NCBI RefSeq assembly: GCF_009914755.1
Contig: NC_060940.1
DNA length: 64,000 nt
Source of the DNA: the human T2T-CHM13v2.0 reference genome, Homo sapiens
Reading direction: 5' to 3' (one strand)
Part shown: piece by piece, positions 40,301-53,500 of the stretch
How positions within the stretch are numbered: position 1 is the stretch's first letter
How the letters are laid out: every line of letters begins with the position of its first letter
Program-made: the position numbers and the translations under genes
Notes under the pieces: generated by a model
Told to the model about the DNA's origin: nothing
Seen by the model: the letters and a program-made list of their open reading frames with translations, nothing else
Databases searched by the model: none

Positions 40301-43300
40301 TTTGTGGAATTTGCAAGTGGAGATTTCAAGCGCTTCGATGCCAATGGTAGAAAAGGAAATATCTTCGTATAAAAACAAGACAAACTCGTTCCCAGACACT
40401 GCGTAGTGATGTGTGTGTTTAACTCACAGAGTTTAACCTTTCTTTTCATACAGCATTCTGGAAACCCTGTGTTTGTAAAGTCTGCAAGTGGATATTTGGA
40501 CCTCTTAGATGCCTTCGTTGGAAACGGGATTTCTTCATATAATGCTAGAGGGAAGAATTCTTAGTAACTTCTTTGTGTTGTGTGTATTCAACTGACAGAG
40601 TTGAACCTTCCTTTAGACAGAGCAGATTTGAAAGTCTCTTTTTGTGGAATTTACAAGTGGAGATTTCAAGCGCTTTGAGGCCAAAAGCAGAAAAGGAAAT
40701 ATTTTCCTATAAAAACTCGACAGAATCTTTCTCAGAAACTGCTCTGGGATGTGTGCGTTCAACTCACAGAGTTTAACTTTTCTTTTCATTCAGCAGTTTG
40801 GAAACACTCTGTTTGGAAAGTCTGCACGTGGATATTTTGACCTCTTTGAGGCCTTCGTTGGAAACGGGTTTTTTTCATGTAAGGCTAGACAGAAGAAATC
40901 TCAGTAACTTCCTTGTGTTGTGTGTATTCAACTGACAGAGTTGAACCTTCCTTTAGACAGAGCAGATTCGAAACACTCTTTTTCTGCAATTTGCAAGTGG
41001 AGACTTCAAGCGCTTTGAGGCCAAAGGCAGAAAAGGAAACATCTTCGTATAAAAACCCGACAGAATCATTCTCAGAAACTGCTCTGTGATGTGTGCGTTC
41101 AACTCACAGAGTTTAACTTTTCTTTTCATTCAGCAGTTTGGAAACACTCTGTTTGTAAAGTCTGCAAGTGGATATCTTGGCCTCTTAGAGGCCTTCGTTG
41201 GAAGCGGGTTTTTTCATGTAAGGATAGACAGAGGAATTCCCAGTAACTTCCTTGTGTTGTGTGCATTCAACTCACAGAGTTGAATGATTCTTTACACAGA
41301 GCAGATTTGAGACACTCTTTTGGTGGAATTTGTAAGTGGAGAATTCAGCCGCTTTGAGGTCAACGGTAGAAAAGGAAATATCTTCGTATAAAAACTAGAC
41401 AGAATGATTCTCAGAAACTGTTTTGTGATGTGTGCGTTCAACTCACAGAGTTTAACCTTTCTTTTCAAAGAGCAGTTAGGAAACACTCTGTTTGTAAAGT
41501 CTGCAAGTGGATATTCAGACCTCTTTGAGGCCTTCGTTGGAAACGGGATTTCTTCATATTATGCTAGACAGATGAATTCTCAGTAACTTCCTTGTGTTGT
41601 GTGTATTCAACTCACAGAGTTAAACGATCCTTTACACAGAGCAGATTTGAAACACTGTTTTTCTGGAATTTGCAAGTGGAGATTTCAGCCGCTTTGAGGT
41701 CAATGGTAGAAAAGGAAATATCTTCGTATAAAAACTAGACAGAATGATTCTCAGAAACTCCTTTGTGATGTGTGCGTTCAACTCACAGAGTTTAACCTTT
41801 CTTTTCACAGAGCAGTTAGGAAACACTCTGTTTGTGAAGCCTGCCAGTGGATATTCGGACCTCTTTGAGGCCTTCGTTGGAAACGGGATTTCTTCATATT
41901 ATGCTAGACAGAAGATTTCTCAGTAACTTCTTTGTGTTGTGTGTATGCAACTCACAGAGTTCAACCTTCCTTTAGACAGAGCAGATTTGAAACACTCTTT
42001 TTGTGGAATTTGCAAGTGGAGATTTCAAGCGCTTCGATGCCAATGGTAGAAAAGGAAATATCTTCGTATAAAAACAAGACAAACTCGTTCCCAGACACTG
42101 CGTAGTGATGTGTGTGTTTAACTCACAGAGTTTAACCTTTCTTTTCATACAGCATTCTGGAAACCCTGTGTTTGTAAAGTCTGCAAGTGGATATTTGGAC
42201 CTCTTAGATGCCTTCGTTGGAAACGGGATTTCTTCATATAATGCTAGAGGGAAGAATTCTTAGTAACTTCTTTGTGTTGTGTGTATTCAACTGACAGAGT
42301 TGAACCTTCCTTTAGACAGAGCAGATTTGAAAGTCTCTTTTTGTGGAATTTGCAAGTGGAGATTTCAAGCGCTTTGAGGCCAAAAGCAGAAAAGGAAATA
42401 TTTTCCTATAAAAACTCGACAGAATCTTTCTCAGAAACTGCTCTGGGATGTGTGCGTTCAACTCACAGAGTTTAACTTTTCTTTTCATTCAGCAGTTTGG
42501 AAACACTCTGTTTGGAAAGTCTGCACGTGGATATTTTGACCTCTTTGAGGCCTTCGTTGGAAACGGGTTTTTTTCATGTAAGGCTAGACAGAAGAAATCT
42601 CAGTAACTTCCTTGTGTTGTGTGTATTCAACTGACAGAGTTGAACCTTCCTTTAGACAGAGCAGATTCGAAACACTCTTTTTCTGCAATTTGCAAGTGGA
42701 GACTTCAAGCGCTTTGAGGCCAAAGGCAGAAAAGGAAATATCTTCGTATAAAAACCCGACAGAATCATTCTCAGAAACTGCTCTGTGATGTGTGCGTTCA
42801 ACTCACAGAGTTTAACTTTTCTTTTCATTCAGCAGTTTGGAAACACTCTGTTTGTAAAGTCTGCAAGTGGATATCTTGGCCTCTTAGAGGCCTTCGTTGG
42901 AAGCGGGTTTTTTCATGTAAGGATAGACAGAGGAATTCCCAGTAACTTCCTTGTGTTGTGTGCATTCAACTCACAGAGTTGAATGATTCTTTACACAGAG
43001 CAGATTTGAGACACTCTTTTGGTGGAATTTGTAAGTGGAGAATTCAGCCGCTTTGAGGTCAACGGTAGAAAAGGAAATATCTTCGTATAAAAACTAGACA
43101 GAATGATTCTCAGAAACTGTTTTGTGATGTGTGCGTTCAACTCACAGAGTTTAACCTTTCTTTTCAAAGAGCAGTTAGGAAACACTCTGTTTGTAAAGTC
43201 TGCAAGTGGATATTCAGACCTCTTTGAGGCCTTCGTTGGAAACGGGATTTCTTCATATTATGCTAGACAGATGAATTCTCAGTAACTTCCTTGTGTTGTG

Positions 43301-46300
43301 TGTATTCAACTCACAGAGTTGAACGATCCTTTACACAGAGCAGATTTGAAACACTGTTTTTCTGGAATTTGCAAGTGGAGATTTCAGCCGCTTTGAGGTC
43401 AATGGTAGAAAAGGAAATATCTTCGTATAAAAACTAGACAGAATGATTCTCAGAAACTCCTTTGTGATGTGTGCGTTCAACTCACAGAGTTTAACCTTTC
43501 TTTTCACAGAGCAGTTAGGAAACACTCTGTTTGTGAAGCCTGCCAGTGGATATTCGGACCTCTTTGAGGCCTTCGTTGGAAACGGGATTTCTTCATATTA
43601 TGCTAGACAGAAGATTTCTCAGTAACTTCTTTGTGTTGTGTGTATGCAACTCACAGAGTTCAACCTTCCTTTAGACAGAGCAGATTTGAAACACTCTTTT
43701 TGTGGAATTTGCAAGTGGAGATTTCAAGCGCTTCAATGCCAATGGTAGAAAAGGAAATATCTTCGTATAAAAACAAGACAAACTCGTTCCCAGACACTGC
43801 GTAGTGATGTGTGTGTTTAACTCACAGAGTTTAACCTTTCTTTTCATACAGCATTCTGGAAACCCTGTGTTTGTAAAGTCTGCAAGTGGATATTTGGACC
43901 TCTTAGATGCCTTCGTTGGAAACGGGATTTCTTCATATAATGCTAGAGGGAAGAATTCTTAGTAACTTCTTTGTGTTGTGTGTATTCAACTGACAGAGTT
44001 GAACCTTCCTTTAGACAGAGCAGATTTGAAAGTCTCTTTTTGTGGAATTTGCAAGTGGAGATTTCAAGCGCTTTGAGGCCAAAAGCAGAAAAGGAAATAT
44101 TTTCCTATAAAAACTCGACAGAATCTTTCTCAGAAACTGCTCTGGGATGTGTGCGTTCAACTCACAGAGTTTAACTTTTCTTTTCATTCAGCAGTTTGGA
44201 AACACTCTGTTTGGAAAGTCTGCACGTGGATATTTTGACCTCTTTGAGGCCTTCGTTGGAAACGGGTTTTTTTCATGTAAGGCTAGACAGAAGAAATCTC
44301 AGTAACTTCCTTGTGTTGTGTGTATTCAACTGACAGAGTTGAACCTTCCTTTAGACAGAGCAGATTCGAAACACTCTTTTTCTGCAATTTGCAAGTGGAG
44401 ACTTCAAGCGCTTTGAGGCCAAAGGCAGAAAAGGAAATATCTTCGTATAAAAACCCGACAGAATCATTCTCAGAAACTGCTCTGTGATGTGTGCGTTCAA
44501 CTCACAGAGTTTAACTTTTCTTTTCATTCAGCAGTTTGGAAACACTCTGTTTGTAAAGTCTGCAAGTGGATATCTTGGCCTCTTAGAGGCCTTCGTTGGA
44601 AACGGGTTTTTTCATGTAAGGATAGACAGAGGAATTCCCAGTAACTTCCTTGTGTTGTGTGCATTCAACTCACAGAGTTGAATGATTCTTTACACAGAGC
44701 AGATTTGAGACACTCTTTTGGTGGAATTTGTAAGTGGAGAATTCAGCCGCTTTGAGGTCAACGGTAGAAAAGGAAATATCTTCGTATAAAAACTAGACAG
44801 AATGATTCCCAGAAACTGTTTTGTGATGTGTGCGTTCAACTCACAGAGTTTAACCTTTCTTTTCAAAGAGCAGTTAGGAAACACTCTGTTTGTAAAGTCT
44901 GCAAGTGGATATTCAGACCTCTTTGAGGCCTTCGTTGGAAACGGGATTTCTTCATATTATGCTAGACAGATGAATTCTCAGTAACTTCCTTGTGTTGTGT
45001 GTATTCAACTCACAGAGTTGAACGATCCTTTACACAGAGCAGATTTGAAACACTGTTTTTCTGGAATTTGCAAGTGGAGATTTCAGCCGCTTTGAGGTCA
45101 ATGGTAGAAAAGGAAATATCTTCGTATAAAAACTAGACAGAATGATTCTCAGAAACTCCTTTGTGATGTGTGCGTTCAACTCACAGAGTTTAACCTTTCT
45201 TTTCACAGAGCAGTTAGGAAACACTCTGTTTGTGAAGCCTGCCAGTGGATATTCGGACCTCTTTGAGGCCTTCGTTGGAAACGGGATTTCTTCATATTAT
45301 GCTAGACAGAAGATTTCTCAGTAACTTCTTTGTGTTGTGTGTATGCAACTCACAGAGTTCAACCTTCCTTTAGACAGAGCAGATTTGAAACACACTTTTT
45401 GTGGAATTTGCAAGTGGAGATTTCAAGCGCTTCGATGCCAATGGTAGAAAAGGAAATATCTTCGTATAAAAACAAGACAAACTCGTTCCCAGACACTGCG
45501 TAGTGATGTGTGTGTTTAACTCACAGAGTTTAACCTTTCTTTTCATACAGCATTCTGGAAACCCTGTGTTTGTAAAGTCTGCAAGTGGATATTTGGACCT
45601 CTTAGATGCCTTCGTTGGAAACGGGATTTCTTCATATAATGCTAGAGGGAAGAATTCTTAGTAACTTCTTTGTGTTGTGTGTATTCAACTGACAGAGTTG
45701 AACCTTCCTTTAGACAGAGCAGATTTGAAAGTCTCTTTTTGTGGAATTTACAAGTGGAGATTTCAAGCGCTTTGAGGCCAAAAGCAGAAAAGGAAATATT
45801 TTCCTATAAAAACTCGACAGAATCTTTCTCAGAAACTGCTCTGGGATGTGTGCGTTCAACTCACAGAGTTTAACTTTTCTTTTCATTCAGCAGTTTGGAA
45901 ACAATCTGTTTGGAAAGTATGCACGTGGATATTTTGACCTCTTTGAGGCCTTCGTTGGAAACGGGTTTTTTTCATGTAAGGCTAGACAGAAGAAATCTCA
46001 GTAACTTCCTTGTGTTGTGTGTATTCAACTGACAGAGTTGAACCTTCCTTTAGACAGAGCAGATTCGAAACACTCTTTTTCTGCAATTTGCAAGTGGAGA
46101 CTTCAAGCGCTTTGAGGCCAAAGGCAGAAAAGGAAATATCTTCGTATAAAAACCCGACAGAATCATTCTCAGAAACTGCTCTGTGATGTGTGCGTTCAAC
46201 TCACAGAGTTTAACTTTTCTTTTCATTCAGCAGTTTGGAAACACTCTGTTTGTAAAGTCTGCAAGTGGATATCTTGGCCTCTTAGAGGCCTTCGTTGGAA

Positions 46301-47572
46301 GCGGGTTTTTTCATGTAAGGATAGACAGAGGAATTCCCAGTAACTTCCTTGTGTTGTGTGCATTCAACTCACAGAGTTGAATGATTCTTTACACAGAGCA
46401 GATTTGAGACACTCTTTTGGTGGAATTTGTAAGTGGAGAATTCAGCCGCTTTGAGGTCAACGGTAGAAAAGGAAATATCTTCGTATAAAAACTAGACAGA
46501 ATGATTCTCAGAAACTGTTTTGTGATGTGTGCGTTCAACTCACAGAGTTTAACCTTTCTTTTCAAAGAGCAGTTAGGAAACACTCTGTTTGTAAAGTCTG
46601 CAAGTGGATATTCAGACCTCTTTGAGGCCTTCGTTGGAAACGGGATTTCTTCATATTATGCTAGACAGATGAATTCTCAGTAACTTCCTTGTGTTGTGTG
46701 TATTCAACTCACAGAGTTAAACGATCCTTTACACAGAGCAGATTTGAAACACTGTTTTTCTGGAATTTGCAAGTGGAGATTTCAGCCGCTTTGAGGTCAA
46801 TGGTAGAAAAGGAAATATCTTCGTATAAAAACTAGACAGAATGATTCTCAGAAACTCCTTTGTGATGTGTGCGTTCAACTCACAGAGTTTAACCTTTCTT
46901 TTCACAGAGCAGTTAGGAAACACTCTGTTTGTGAAGCCTGCCAGTGGATATTCGGACCTCTTTGAGGCCTTCGTTGGAAACGGGATTTCTTCATATTATG
47001 CTAGACAGAAGATTTCTCAGTAACTTCTTTGTGTTGTGTGTATGCAACTCACAGAGTTCAACCTTCCTTTAGACAGAGCAGATTTGAAACACTCTTTTTG
47101 TGGAATTTGCAAGTGGAGATTTCAAGCGCTTCGATGCCAATGGTAGAAAAGGAAATATCTTCGTATAAAAACAAGACAAACTCGTTCCCAGACACTGCGT
47201 AGTGATGTGTGTGTTTAACTCACAGAGTTTAACCTTTCTTTTCATACAGCATTCTGGAAACCCTGTGTTTGTAAAGTCTGCAAGTGGATATTTGGACCTC
47301 TTAGATGCCTTCGTTGGAAACGGGATTTCTTCATATAATGCTAGAGGGAAGAATTCTTAGTAACTTCTTTGTGTTGTGTGTATTCAACTGACAGAGTTGA
47401 ACCTTCCTTTAGACAGAGCAGATTTGAAAGTCTCTTTTTGTGGAATTTGCAAGTGGAGATTTCAAGCGCTTTGAGGCCAAAAGCAGAAAAGGAAATATTT
47501 TCCTATAAAAACTCGACAGAATCTTTCTCAGAAACTGCTCTGGGATGTGTGCGTTCAACTCACAGAGTTTAA
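37379..47572 (+). repeat. 6-HOR super-repeat, copy 2 (U23-U28, 10,194 bp)
   Basis: Matching variants at 38943, 39659, 39737, 40653, 41040, 41622, 44809, 45750, 45904, 45919 and 46719. Confidence 0.92.
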
Positions 47573-50500
47573 CTTTTCTTTTCATTCAGCAGTTTGGAAA
47601 CACTCTGTTTGGAAAGTCTGCACGTGGATATTTTGACCTCTTTGAGGCCTTCGTTGGAAACGGGTTTTTTTCATGTAAGGCTAGACAGAAGAAATCTCAG
47701 TAACTTCCTTGTGTTGTGTGTATTCAACTGACAGAGTTGAACCTTCCTTTAGACAGAGCAGATTCGAAACACTCTTTTTCTGCAATTTGCAAGTGGAGAC
47801 TTCAAGCGCTTTGAGGCCAAAGGCAGAAAAGGAAATATCTTCGTATAAAAACCCGACAGAATCATTCTCAGAAACTGCTCTGTGATGTGTGCGTTCAACT
47901 CACAGAGTTTAACTTTTCTTTTCATTCAGCAGTTTGGAAACACTCTGTTTGTAAAGTCTGCAAGTGGATATCTTGGCCTCTTAGAGGCCTTCGTTGGAAG
48001 CGGGTTTTTTCATGTAAGGATAGACAGAGGAATTCCCAGTAACTTCCTTGTGTTGTGTGCATTCAACTCACAGAGTTGAATGATTCTTTACACAGAGCAG
48101 ATTTGAGACACTCTTTTGGTGGAATTTGTAAGTGGAGAATTCAGCCGCTTTGAGGTCAACGGTAGAAAAGGAAATATCTTCGTATAAAAACTAGACAGAA
48201 TGATTCTCAGAAACTGTTTTGTGATGTGTGCGTTCAACTCACAGAGTTTAACCTTTCTTTTCAAAGAGCAGTTAGGAAACACTCTGTTTGTAAAGTCTGC
48301 AAGTGGATATTCAGACCTCTTTGAGGCCTTCGTTGGAAACGGGATTTCTTCATATTATGCTAGACAGATGAATTCTCAGTAACTTCCTTGTGTTGTGTGT
48401 ATTCAACTCACAGAGTTGAACGATCCTTTACACAGAGCAGATTTGAAACACTGTTTTTCTGGAATTTGCAAGTGGAGATTTCAGCCGCTTTGAGGTCAAT
48501 GGTAGAAAAGGAAATATCTTCGTATAAAAACTAGACAGAATGATTCTCAGAAACTCCTTTGTGATGTGTGCGTTCAACTCACAGAGTTTAACCTTTCTTT
48601 TCACAGAGCAGTTAGGAAACACTCTGTTTGTGAAGCCTGCCAGTGGATATTCGGACCTCTTTGAGGCCTTCGTTGGAAACGGGATTTCTTCATATTATGC
48701 TAGACAGAAGATTTCTCAGTAACTTCTTTGTGTTGTGTGTATGCAACTCACAGAGTTCAACCTTCCTTTAGACAGAGCAGATTTGAAACACTCTTTTTGT
48801 GGAATTTGCAAGTGGAGATTTCAAGCGCTTCGATGCCAATGGTAGAAAAGGAAATATCTTCGTATAAAAACAAGACAAACTCGTTCCCAGACACTGCGTA
48901 GTGATGTGTGTGTTTAACTCACAGAGTTTAACCTTTCTTTTCATACAGCATTCTGGAAACCCTGTGTTTGTAAAGTCTGCAAGTGGATATTTGGACCTCT
49001 TAGATGCCTTCGTTGGAAACGGGATTTCTTCATATAATGCTAGAGGGAAGAATTCTTAGTAACTTCTTTGTGTTGTGTGTATTCAACTGACAGAGTTGAA
49101 CCTTCCTTTAGACAGAGCAGATTTGAAAGTCTCTTTTTGTGGAATTTGCAAGTGGAGATTTCAAGCGCTTTGAGGCCAAAAGCAGAAAAGGAAATATTTT
49201 CCTATAAAAACTCGACAGAATCTTTCTCAGAAACTGCTCTGGGATGTGTGCGTTCAACTCACAGAGTTTAACTTTTCTTTTCATTCAGCAGTTTGGAAAC
49301 ACTCTGTTTGGAAAGTCTGCACGTGGATATTTTGACCTCTTTGAGGCCTTCGTTGGAAACGGGTTTTTTTCATGTAAGGCTAGACAGAAGAAATCTCAGT
49401 AACTTCCTTGTGTTGTGTGTATTCAACTGACAGAGTTGAACCTTCCTTTAGACAGAGCAGATTCGAAACACTCTTTTTCTGCAATTTGCAAGTGGAGACT
49501 TCAAGCGCTTTGAGGCCAAAGGCAGAAAAGGAAATATCTTCGTATAAAAACCCGACAGAATCATTCTCAGAAACTGCTCTGTGATGTGTGCGTTCAACTC
49601 ACAGAGTTTAACTTTTCTTTTCATTCAGCAGTTTGGAAACACTCTGTTTGTAAAGTCTGCAAGTGGATATCTTGGCCTCTTAGAGGCCTTCGTTGGAAAC
49701 GGGTTTTATCATGTAAGGTTAGACAGAGGAATTCCCAGTAACTTCCTTGTGTTGTGTGCATTCAACTCACAGAGTTGAATGATTCTTTACACAGAGCAGA
49801 TTTGAGACACTCTTTTGGTGGAATTTGTAAGTGGAGAATTCAGCCGCTTTGAGGTCAACGGTAGAAAAGGAAATATCTTCGTATAAAAACTAGACAGAAT
49901 GATTCTCAGAAACTGTTTTGTGATGTGTGCGTTCAACTCACAGAGTTTAACCTTTCTTTTCAAAGAGCAGTTAGGAAACACTCTGTTTGTAAAGTCTGCA
50001 AGTGGATATTCAGACCTCTTTGAGGCCTTCGTTGGAAACGGGATTTCTTCATATTATGCTAGACAGATGAATTCTCAGTAACTTCCTTGTGTTGTGTGTA
50101 TTCAACTCACAGAGTTGAACGATCCTTTACACAGAGCAGATTTGAAACACTGTTTTTCTGGAATTTGCAAGTGGAGATTTCAGCCGCTTTGAGGTCAATG
50201 GTAGAAAAGGAAATATCTTCGTATAAAAACTAGACAGAATGATTCTCAGAAACTCCTTTGTGATGTGTGCGTTCAACTCACAGAGTTTAACCTTTCTTTT
50301 CACAGAGCAGTTAGGAAACACTCTGTTTGTGAAGCCTGCCAGTGGATATTCGGACCTCTTTGAGGCCTTCGTTGGAAACGGGATTTCTTCATATTATGCT
50401 AGACAGAAGATTTCTCAGTAACTTCTTTGTGTTGTGTGTATGCAACTCACAGAGTTCAACCTTCCTTTAGACAGAGCAGATTTGAAACACTCTTTTTGTG

Positions 50501-53500
50501 GAATTTGCAAGTGGAGATTTCAAGCGCTTCGATGCCAATGGTAGAAAAGGAAATATCTTCGTATAAAAACAAGACAAACTCGTTCCCAGACACTGCGTAG
50601 TGATGTGTGTGTTTAACTCACAGAGTTTAACCTTTCTTTTCATACAGCATTCTGGAAACCCTGTGTTTGTAAAGTCTGCAAGTGGATATTTGGACCTCTT
50701 AGATGCCTTCGTTGGAAACGGGATTTCTTCATATAATGCTAGAGGGAAGAATTCTTAGTAACTTCTTTGTGTTGTGTGTATTCAACTGACAGAGTTGAAC
50801 CTTCCTTTAGACAGAGCAGATTTGAAAGTCTCTTTTTGTGGAATTTGCAAGTGGAGATTTCAAGCGCTTTGAGGCCAAAAGCAGAAAAGGAAATATTTTC
50901 CTATAAAAACTCGACAGAATCTTTCTCAGAAACTGCTCTGGGATGTGTGCGTTCAACTCACAGAGTTTAACTTTTCTTTTCATTCAGCAGTTTGGAAACA
51001 CTCTGTTTGGAAAGTCTGCACGTGGATATTTTGACCTCTTTGAGGCCTTCGTTGGAAACGGGTTTTTTTCATGTAAGGCTAGACAGAAGAAATCTCAGTA
51101 ACTTCCTTGTGTTGTGTGTATTCAACTGACAGAGTTGAACCTTCCTTTAGACAGAGCAGATTCGAAACACTCTTTTTCTGCAATTTGCAAGTGGAGACTT
51201 CAAGCGCTTTGAGGCCAAAGGCAGAAAAGGAAATATCTTCGTATAAAAACCCGACAGAATCATTCTCAGAAACTGCTCTGTGATGTGTGCGTTCAACTCA
51301 CAGAGTTTAACTTTTCTTTTCATTCAGCAGTTTGGAAACACTCTGTTTGTAAAGTCTGCAAGTGGATATCTTGGCCTCTTAGAGGCCTTCGTTGGAAACG
51401 GGTTTTATCATGTAAGGTTAGACAGAGGAATTCCCAGTAACTTCCTTGTGTTGTGTGCATTCAACTCACAGAGTTGAATGATTCTTTACACAGAGCAGAT
51501 TTGAGACACTCTTTTGGTGGAATTTGTAAGTGGAGAATTCAGCTGCTTTGAGGTCAACGGTAGAAAAGGAAATATCTTCGTATAAAAACTAGACAGAATG
51601 ATTCTCAGAAACTGTTTTGTGATGTGTGCGTTCAACTCACAGAGTTTAACCTTTCTTTTCAAAGAGCAGTTAGGAAACACTCTGTTTGTAAAGTCTGCAA
51701 GTGGATATTCAGACCTCTTTGAGGCCTTCGTTGGAAACGGGATTTCTTCATATTATGCTAGACAGATGAATTCTCAGTAACTTCCTTGTGTTGTGTGTAT
51801 TCAACTCACAGAGTTGAACGATCCTTTACACAGAGCAGATTTGAAACACTGTTTTTCTGGAATTTGCAAGTGGAGATTTCAGCCGCTTTGAGGTCAATGG
51901 TAGAAAAGGAAATATCTTCGTATAAAAACTAGACAGAATGATTCTCAGAAACTCCTTTGTGATGTGTGCGTTCAACTCACAGAGTTTAACCTTTCTTTTC
52001 ACAGAGCAGTTAGGAAACACTCTGTTTGTGAAGCCTGCCAGTGGATATTCGGACCTCTTTGAGGCCTTCGTTGGAAACGGGATTTCTTCATATTATGCTA
52101 GACAGAAGATTTCTCAGTAACTTCTTTGTGTTGTGTGTATGCAACTCACAGAGTTCAACCTTCCTTTAGACAGAGCAGATTTGAAACACTCTTTTTGTGG
52201 AATTTGCAAGTGGAGATTTCAAGCGCTTCGATGCCAATGGTAGAAAAGGAAATATCTTCGTATAAAAACAAGACAAACTCGTTCCCAGACACTGCGTAGT
52301 GATGTGTGTGTTTAACTCACAGAGTTTAACCTTTCTTTTCATACAGCATTCTGGAAACCCTGTGTTTGTAAAGTCTGCAAGTGGATATTTGGACCTCTTA
52401 GATGCCTTCGTTGGAAACGGGATTTCTTCATATAATGCTAGAGGGAAGAATTCTTAGTAACTTCTTTGTGTTGTGTGTATTCAACTGACAGAGTTGAACC
52501 TTCCTTTAGACAGAGCAGATTTGAAAGTCTCTTTTTGTGGAATTTGCAAGTGGAGATTTCAAGCGCTTTGAGGCCAAAAGCAGAAAAGGAAATATTTTCC
52601 TATAAAAACTCGACAGAATCTTTCTCAGAAACTGCTCTGGGATGTGTGCGTTCAACTCACAGAGTTTAACTTTTCTTTTCATTCAGCAGTTTGGAAACAC
52701 TCTGTTTGGAAAGTCTGCACGTGGATATTTTGACCTCTTTGAGGCCTTCGTTGGAAACGGGTTTTTTTCATGTAAGGCTAGACAGAAGAAATCTCAGTAA
52801 CTTCCTTGTGTTGTGTGTATTCAACTGACAGAGTTGAACCTTCCTTTAGACAGAGCAGATTCGAAACACTCTTTTTCTGCAATTTGCAAGTGGAGACTTC
52901 AAGCGCTTTGAGGCCAAAGGCAGAAAAGGAAATATCTTCGTATAAAAACACGACAGAATCATTCTCAGAAACTGCTCTGTGATGTGTGCGTTCAACTCAC
53001 AGAGTTTAACTTTTCTTTTCATTCAGCAGTTTGGAAACACTCTGTTTGTAAAGTCTGCAAGTGGATATCTTGGCCTCTTAGAGGCCTTCGTTGGAAACGG
53101 GTTTTTTCATGTAAGGTTAGACAGAGGAATTCCCAGTAACTTCCTTGTGTTGTGTGCATTCAACTCACAGAGTTGAATGATTCTTTACACAGAGCAGATT
53201 TGAGACACTCTTTTGGTGGAATTTGTAAGTGGAGAATTCAGCCGCTTTGAGGTCAACGGTAGAAAAGGAAATATCTTCGTATAAAAACTAGACAGAATGA
53301 TTCTCAGAAACTGTTTTGTGATGTGTGCGTTCAACTCACAGAGTTTAACCTTTCTTTTCAAAGAGCAGTTAGGAAACACTCTGTTTGTAAAGTCTGCAAG
53401 TGGATATTCAGACCTCTTTGAGGCCTTCGTTGGAAACGGGATTTCTTCATATTATGCTAGACAGATGAATTCTCAGTAACTTCCTTGTGTTGTGTGTATT

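Noticed and set aside
11108-51544. Same cagcTgc change in dimer C (11108) and dimer B (51544) as evidence of conversion
   Set aside because: Both are CpG>TpG transitions, more simply explained by independent methylcytosine deamination.
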